DNA of 53,983 nt, taken from NCBI GenBank assembly GCA_944332485.1, contig CALVKB010000004.1, forward strand, positions 1-53,983. The letters are read 5' to 3'. A model generated the notes under the pieces. It did not search any database. It was not told where the DNA came from and worked only from the letters and a program-made list of their open reading frames with translations. Each line of letters opens with the position of its first letter. Within the stretch, counting starts at the first letter, position 1. The position numbers were made by a program, and so were the translations under genes. Below are positions 48,632 to 53,983 of this stretch, piece by piece. This stretch comes from an uncultured Bacilli bacterium (lineage in GTDB: Bacteria; Bacillota_I; Bacilli_A; RFN20; CAG-288).

Positions 48632-49279
48632 ATGTTAAATATTATTCTTATGGGTCCACCAGGAGTTGGTAAAGGTACTCAAAGTGAACTTATAGTAAAA
48701 GAATTCAAGATTCCCCATATCTCCACTGGAGATATGTTTCGTGAGGCAATCGCCAAGAACACACCTCTTGGTTTGAAAGCTAAGGAATATATGGACAAGG
48801 GCTTACTTGTTCCAGACGAAGTTACAATCGGTATTGTCAACGAACGTTTGGCGATGGACGATTGTAAAGATGGTTACCTTTTGGATGGTTTCCCAAGAAC
48901 CATCGCTCAAGCTGATAGCTTGAAAAATCTAACCATGAAATTGAAAAGACCATTGACACACGTTATCAATTTAGAATGTGATAAGGAAAAGTTGATAACA
49001 AGAATCGCTTCGCGTCGTGTTTGTCCTAAGTGTGGGGCAAGTTATAATCTTATTTCCAAGCGCCCAAGTGTTGATGGCATCTGCGATTGTTGCAATGGTG
49101 AGTTGATTCAACGTAGTGACGATAACGAGGAGAGCTTCAAAGTTCGTTTGCAATCCTACGAGGAGAAAACACTCCCATTGATAAACTACTATCTGCATGA
49201 GAGACTCCTTATTTCAGTTGATGGATTAGGTGAGATTGATGAAGTTTTTTCAAGAATTAAGAAGGTTTTGAAAAGATAA
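48632..49279 (+). CDS. adk: Adenylate kinase (Zn-lid)
   Basis: GPPGVGKGT, HISTGD, LDGFPR, CPKC...CDCC lid; start ATG 48632 or TTG 48629. Confidence 0.96.
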   Translation: MLNIILMGPPGVGKGTQSELIVKEFKIPHISTGDMFREAIAKNTPLGLKAKEYMDKGLLVPDEVTIGIVNERLAMDDCKDGYLLDGFPRTIAQADSLKNLTMKLKRPLTHVINLECDKEKLITRIASRRVCPKCGASYNLISKRPSVDGICDCCNGELIQRSDDNEESFKVRLQSYEEKTLPLINYYLHERLLISVDGLGEIDEVFSRIKKVLKR

Positions 49280-50076
49280 TGGCAATCAAAATTAAAACTG
49301 ATGCTGAAATCTTGATGTTGAAGAAGGTCGGACTTAAATTAGGTAGGGTCTTCGATAAACTGAAAGGTCACATTGTTCCAGGTGTATCGACCAAATATCT
49401 CGACTGTTTAGCAAAAAAATACATCTTGGAAGAAAATTGCAAACCTTCATTCCTCGGTTATGAAGGTTTTCCAGGATCGATCTGTGCTTCAGTTAATGAC
49501 ACATTGATCCATGGTATTCCCTCTGAAGATATAATCCTTGCTGATGGAGATATCATCTCCATCGACATGGGAAATATCGACAATGAAACAGGATTTCAAG
49601 GGGATGCTTGTAGAACATTTACCGTCGGTAATGTCTCAAGTGAAGCAAAAAGACTCATTGAATGCACCGAAAGATGCTTTTATGAGGCTATGAAAATTAT
49701 CAAACCGGGAATTCATGTCACCGATATCTCAGAAGTATTCACCAAGATTGCTAAAGAGTACAACTACTCCTTGGTTGAGGAATTTGGTGGACACGGCATC
49801 GGGCGTGAGATGCATGAGGATCCTATGATACCTAATTGTGGCAAGGGTAATCATGGGCCGATTCTCAGAAAGAACATGGCAATAGCTGTTGAACCGATGG
49901 TTTTACAAGGTAAAAGATATATAACATGTTCTGATGATGGATGGACAATTAAAAGTTGTGATCACAAATTAACTTGCCACTATGAAAACACTCTTGTTAT
50001 CACAGAGAACGGTTGTGAGATAACCACTGTTGATTCAAGCGTTATCTCTTATTTAGGAGGTAATAAATATGAGTAA
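49279..50076 (+). CDS. map: Methionine aminopeptidase
   Basis: CASVN..IHGIP, GHGIG..MHEDP, EPM, HYENT. Confidence 0.96.
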   Translation: MAIKIKTDAEILMLKKVGLKLGRVFDKLKGHIVPGVSTKYLDCLAKKYILEENCKPSFLGYEGFPGSICASVNDTLIHGIPSEDIILADGDIISIDMGNIDNETGFQGDACRTFTVGNVSSEAKRLIECTERCFYEAMKIIKPGIHVTDISEVFTKIAKEYNYSLVEEFGGHGIGREMHEDPMIPNCGKGNHGPILRKNMAIAVEPMVLQGKRYITCSDDGWTIKSCDHKLTCHYENTLVITENGCEITTVDSSVISYLGGNKYE

Positions 50077-50296
50077 GGAAGACAATTTTATCGTTGTAGA
50101 AGGTGTAGTAACTGAGATTATTTCTGGAAATAATTATTCGGTTTTGCTCGACGATAATAACATGGTAATCCGGGCCACGGTGTCTGGAAAAATGCGTATG
50201 AATAAGATTCGTATTTTACCAGGAGATAGGGTTACTGTTGCTCTTTCCAAATACGATTTAACACTTGGCCGTATTACATACAGGTACAAAAACTAA
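50069..50296 (+). CDS. infA: Translation initiation factor IF-1
   Basis: [28 protein letters not shown]. Confidence 0.96.
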   Translation: MSKEDNFIVVEGVVTEIISGNNYSVLLDDNNMVIRATVSGKMRMNKIRILPGDRVTVALSKYDLTLGRITYRYKN

Positions 50297-50306
50297 GGAG
50301 GTTATT

Positions 50307-50420
50307 ATGAAAGTTAGACCATCTGTAAAGAAGATTTGTTCAAAATGTAAAGTAATTAAACGTAAAGGTCGTGTTATGGTTATTTGTGAAAATCCAAAAC
50401 ACAAACAAAGACAAGGATAA
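50307..50420 (+). CDS. rpmJ: 50S ribosomal protein L36 (absent from ORF track)
   Basis: Manual translation [37 protein letters not shown]; RBS aaggagg. Confidence 0.97.
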   Translation: MKVRPSVKKICSKCKVIKRKGRVMVICENPKHKQRQG

Positions 50421-50432
50421 GGAGATCAGAAA

Positions 50433-50807
50433 ATGGCACGTATTGTTGGTGTTGACATCCCAAATGACAAGGTTGTCACATATTCATTAACTTATATCTA
50501 CGGTATTGGTTTATCTACTGCAAAGAAGATTGTTGCAGATGCTAAGGTCGATCCAACTAAGAGAGTTAAAGATTTGACCGATGAAGAACTCACAAGTATC
50601 CGTAGTGAAGTTTCCAAATATAAAGTTGAAGGTGACCTTCGTAGAGAGGTGAACTTAAATATCAAACGTTTGCAAGAGATCGGTTGCTATAGAGGTTTAC
50701 GTCATAAAAGAGGCTTACCAGTTCGTGGTCAACGTACAAAGACAAATGCTCGTACACGTAAAGGACCAAAGAAGACTGTTGCTAACAAGAAGAAAGCTTC
50801 AATGTAA
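50433..50807 (+). CDS. rpsM: 30S ribosomal protein S13
   Basis: [26 protein letters not shown]. Confidence 0.97.
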   Translation: MARIVGVDIPNDKVVTYSLTYIYGIGLSTAKKIVADAKVDPTKRVKDLTDEELTSIRSEVSKYKVEGDLRREVNLNIKRLQEIGCYRGLRHKRGLPVRGQRTKTNARTRKGPKKTVANKKKASM

Positions 50808-50823
50808 TTAGGAGGTAATTAAA

Positions 50824-51213
50824 ATGGCAGAGAAAAAGACAAATAGAAAGAAAAAAGCTAAACTCAGTTTCACCAAGGGTATAGCACACATTCACTGTTC
50901 CTTCAATAATACAATAGTTTCAATTTCTGATGAACAAGGCAAGGTCATTGCTTGGGCCAGTTCCGGAAGTGTCGGATACAAACACACAAGAAAATCCACA
51001 CCATTCGCCGCTCAAGTCGCTGCTGAAACTTGCGCTAAAGCTTGTTATGATAGAGGTTTGAGATCTGTCAGCGTCAGAATCAAAGGTCCAGGTCCAGGTC
51101 GTGAAACAGCACTTCGTGCACTTGACAAGGCTGGTTTAAAGGTTGACAGTATTGTTGATGTTACTCCAGTTCCTCACAATGGATGCCGTCCACAGAAGCG
51201 TCCACGTAACTAA
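50824..51213 (+). CDS. rpsK: 30S ribosomal protein S11
   Basis: [26 protein letters not shown]. Confidence 0.97.
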   Translation: MAEKKTNRKKKAKLSFTKGIAHIHCSFNNTIVSISDEQGKVIAWASSGSVGYKHTRKSTPFAAQVAAETCAKACYDRGLRSVSVRIKGPGPGRETALRALDKAGLKVDSIVDVTPVPHNGCRPQKRPRN

Positions 51214-51237
51214 TTTTAAAAATATGGAGGAAACTAT

Positions 51238-52191
51238 ATGAAAGAATTTGAAATGCCTAAATTCGTAGTTAACAAAAACTATGAGTCAACCAATCATGGC
51301 GAATTTAAGATTGAACCACTTGAGAGAGGTTTGGGTAATACTATCGGTAACGCTTTGAGAAGAGTTTTGCTCTCCTTATTGCCAGGTAGTGCTATCTTCT
51401 CCGTCAAAGTTGAAGGTGCAATGCAAGAATTCACCGCATTGAAAGGGGTTGTCGAGGACGTTCCTCAGATTATTCTTAATTTGAAAGAGTTAGTTTTGAA
51501 AATCGATTCTTCCGAAGAAGATACCCATCGTATTTTGAAACTTGACGTTGTCGGTCCTAAAACAGTCACCGCAAATGATATTGATTATCCAGGTGATGTT
51601 GAGATCATCAACAAGGATTTATTCATCGCAAACGTCTCAGAAGGTGGTCATTTAGTTATCACTATGCAAGTTTGCAAAGGTCGTGGTTTCGTTTTAGCTG
51701 AAACAAACAAGATCGAACACGAGATGCCAGTTGGTACAATCCCAGTTGATAGCAACTTCTCACCAATTAAGAATGTTAGCATGGAAGTCAATTCTACTCG
51801 TGTTGGTAATTCTTCCAATTATGACAGCTTGAGTTTGAATGTTGATACAAATGGTGCCATCACTCCAAGTGATGCCATCAGCATCGCATGTAAGATTTTG
51901 TCCGCTCATTTCCAAATTATCGAAACTATCTCTGATACTGCTGAGAATGTTTCCATGAGTTCATCTTCATCATCTAATGAGCAACAAGCTAAGGCTGTCG
52001 ACTTACCTATCGAAGAGCTCGATTTATCCGTCCGTAGTTACAACTGCTTGAAAAGAGAGGCTATCACCACTGTTACAGAGTTGTGCAACTACAGGGAAGA
52101 GGATATGATGAAACTTAAGAATTTAGGTAAGAAATCATTCAAAGAAATCAAAGATAAACTTGAATCCATCGGATACAAGTTTAAAGAGTAA
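51238..52191 (+). CDS. rpoA: RNA polymerase alpha subunit
   Basis: EPLERG.G.T.GNALRRVLL, LSVRSYNCLK, NLGKKS. Confidence 0.98.
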   Translation: MKEFEMPKFVVNKNYESTNHGEFKIEPLERGLGNTIGNALRRVLLSLLPGSAIFSVKVEGAMQEFTALKGVVEDVPQIILNLKELVLKIDSSEEDTHRILKLDVVGPKTVTANDIDYPGDVEIINKDLFIANVSEGGHLVITMQVCKGRGFVLAETNKIEHEMPVGTIPVDSNFSPIKNVSMEVNSTRVGNSSNYDSLSLNVDTNGAITPSDAISIACKILSAHFQIIETISDTAENVSMSSSSSSNEQQAKAVDLPIEELDLSVRSYNCLKREAITTVTELCNYREEDMMKLKNLGKKSFKEIKDKLESIGYKFKE

Positions 52192-52208
52192 TAAGGAGAT
52201 AGATAGAC

Positions 52209-52613
52209 ATGGCTACAATTGGTCGTAAGAACGTTCATGGTAAAGGTGGTGTTCGTTTCAAAACTGGATACACCGCTAGCAAAGATAAAAGCATGCTCAG
52301 AAATGTCGTCACACAATTGATCATTTCTGAACAGGTTGTTGTCACTTTGAAAGTTGCTAAGCAAGTTTCTCAATTAGCTGATAGATTAGTAACCTATGCT
52401 AAACACGGTGATTTGCACAACAGAAGATTAGCTGAAAGCATCGTTAGAGATGTTTACACTGATAAGAGTGAGAAAGAAACCGCATTGCAAAAATTATTCA
52501 CAACATTAGCAAAACGTTATCAATCAAGAAAAGGTGGTTACACCAGAGTTTTGAAGCTTGATAACCGCCGTGGTGATAATTCACCTATGGCAGTTTGTGC
52601 TTTCGTTAAGTAA
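52209..52613 (+). CDS. rplQ: 50S ribosomal protein L17
   Basis: MLRN, GDLHNRR, RKGGYTRVLK..RRGD. Confidence 0.96.
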   Translation: MATIGRKNVHGKGGVRFKTGYTASKDKSMLRNVVTQLIISEQVVVTLKVAKQVSQLADRLVTYAKHGDLHNRRLAESIVRDVYTDKSEKETALQKLFTTLAKRYQSRKGGYTRVLKLDNRRGDNSPMAVCAFVK

Positions 52614-52639
52614 AAATAATAAATTTATATATAGATAAT

Positions 52640-52665
52640 AATGCAGAGAGAATCTGCATTTTTTT
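52640..52665 (+). terminator. Intrinsic terminator of the alpha operon
   Basis: AATGCAGA-gagaa-TCTGCATT-TTTTT. Confidence 0.8.
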
Positions 52666-52677
52666 GTTGTTTTATTC

Positions 52678-52740
52678 TTGCACATTTAAAAATTATTTTG
52701 TATATTATTAGTAATCATTATTAATAAGTAATGATTATTG
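52678..52740 (+). promoter_or_regulatory. Promoter with tandem Per/Fur-type 7-1-7 boxes
   Basis: TTGCAC-17-TATATT; TAGTAAT-C-ATTATTA (52709) and AAGTAAT-G-ATTATTG (52726). Confidence 0.7.
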
Positions 52741-52750
52741 GAAAGGACTT

Positions 52751-53146
52751 ATGAATAATACCAGGGAAACATTGCAAAAAAAGATCATATTTGATTGTCT
52801 GAAGAACAATAAAGTTCATCCTACTGCAGAGGATGTATACAATATTGTTCACAAAGATTATCCAAATATATCGAAAGCGACAGTTTATCGAGTTTTGAGT
52901 AAACTATCGGAAAATGGACAAATTAGAAAGTTGGATTTTGATACAAGTTCAAGATTCGATGATGAGATAGCTCCTCATTATCATTTTGTTTGCAAAAGAT
53001 GCAACAAGATTATCGATGTCTTTTTAAACGAAGAGAGATTGACTCAACTTGATGAATTTAAACAAACATTCAATGACTTTTCAATAGACGATACTGAGAT
53101 AGTCTTCAAAGGATTATGTAAAGATTGTCAGAAAAAGGAGAATTAA
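52751..53146 (+). CDS. perR: Fur-family regulator, PerR-like
   Basis: HPTAEDVY, ISKATVYR, HYHFVCKRC..IID, GLCKDC; coupled to peroxiredoxin. Confidence 0.8.
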   Translation: MNNTRETLQKKIIFDCLKNNKVHPTAEDVYNIVHKDYPNISKATVYRVLSKLSENGQIRKLDFDTSSRFDDEIAPHYHFVCKRCNKIIDVFLNEERLTQLDEFKQTFNDFSIDDTEIVFKGLCKDCQKKEN

Positions 53147-53149
53147 AAA

Positions 53150-53839
53150 ATGGAAGAAACAAAAATTGTTGAACAGGAGCAAGGATTATTAAGAATCGGT
53201 GATGATGCTCCACACTTTGAAGCAGTTACAACTCAAGGAAATATCAATTTCCCAGAGGATTATGAAGGTAAGTGGGTTATTTTATTCTCACATCCAGCTG
53301 ATTTCACCCCTGTTTGTACAACTGAATTCATCACTTTTGCTTCAATGCAAGAGGAATTTAAGAAGTTGAATACAGAATTGATCGGTTTATCAATCGATAG
53401 TATTTACGCCCATATCGCTTGGTTGAGAACCATCAAAGAGAAGATCAAATGGAAAAAATACAAGAATGTCGAAGTTACCTTCCCAGTTATTGAAGATATC
53501 AAGATGGAAGTTGCTAAGAAGTTCGGTATGATCGCTCCAAAAGCTAGTACTACCCAAGCTGTTCGTGCTGTATTTTTCATCGATCCACAAGCTAAGATAA
53601 GAACTATTTTGTATTATCCAGCAAGCTTAGGCCGAAATTTTGAGGAAATTAAGAGAATTTTGGTCGGATTACAAAAAGCTGATGCAGATAGTGTTGCTTT
53701 ACCAGCAAACTGGCAACCAGGCGATGATGTTATCATACCTCCACCAGGCTCATGCGGTTTAGCCAAACAGAGAGTTGCTGAAAAAAGTGATAAAACATAT
53801 TGCCTTGATTGGTTCTTATGTTTCAAAAAAGAAAAATAA
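53150..53839 (+). CDS. Peroxiredoxin (Prx6 class)
   Basis: FSHPADFTPVCTTE, GRNFEEI, C-terminal CLDWFLC. Confidence 0.93.
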   Translation: MEETKIVEQEQGLLRIGDDAPHFEAVTTQGNINFPEDYEGKWVILFSHPADFTPVCTTEFITFASMQEEFKKLNTELIGLSIDSIYAHIAWLRTIKEKIKWKKYKNVEVTFPVIEDIKMEVAKKFGMIAPKASTTQAVRAVFFIDPQAKIRTILYYPASLGRNFEEIKRILVGLQKADADSVALPANWQPGDDVIIPPPGSCGLAKQRVAEKSDKTYCLDWFLCFKKEK

Positions 53840-53863
53840 TTGAAATTTGAATATTTATATTAT

Positions 53864-53885
53864 AAACGTGCATCGGCACGTTTTT
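53864..53885 (+). terminator. Intrinsic terminator after peroxiredoxin
   Basis: AAACGTGC-atcg-GCACGTTT-TT. Confidence 0.8.
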
Positions 53886-53983
53886 ATTTGTTTAATATAT
53901 ATTTTTAAAATAAAATTTGATAACACTAGTCAAGTATAAAATTAAGTAAAATTGTTTGATTTTTTTCCATAACAAAAGATTAT

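Noticed and set aside
38177-53826. Alternate-frame and antisense ORFs across the ribosomal cluster and peroxiredoxin
   Set aside because: By-products of strong codon bias in highly expressed genes.

Overview
Low-GC bacterial chromosome segment using genetic code 11 (TGA = stop). Gene content suggests a genome-reduced, probably uncultured Bacilli lineage; this taxonomy is inference. Housekeeping blocks: sufCDSUB-mnmG, a heterodimeric ABC exporter and glpK (0.1-12.2 kb); three tRNAs and scattered genes (29.1-37.6 kb); the S10-spc-alpha ribosomal cluster with no rpmD (37.8-52.6 kb); and perR/fur-peroxiredoxin. The accessory part (12.4-29 kb) is the most interesting. (i) An SPFH/zinc-ribbon membrane operon converges on a 694-aa Ro/TROVE-like plus TerD-like protein, whose own promoter first transcribes a Y-RNA-like stem-loop. 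(ii) A decaying minus-strand island carries a ~330-nt leader with interlocking switch-like repeats, an SF1 (Upf1/DNA2-like) helicase with a coupled unknown partner, and an operon of soluble FtsH-like AAA protease, WYL regulator, PD-(D/E)XK nuclease and an 80-aa protein resembling the 7_1-knot family. The island has four single-base frameshifts and an IS3 remnant. A 46-bp IS3-derived mini-element sits inside a terminator at 34.1 kb. No CRISPR array, rRNA or integrase was seen. Family calls come from motif recognition, not database searches.
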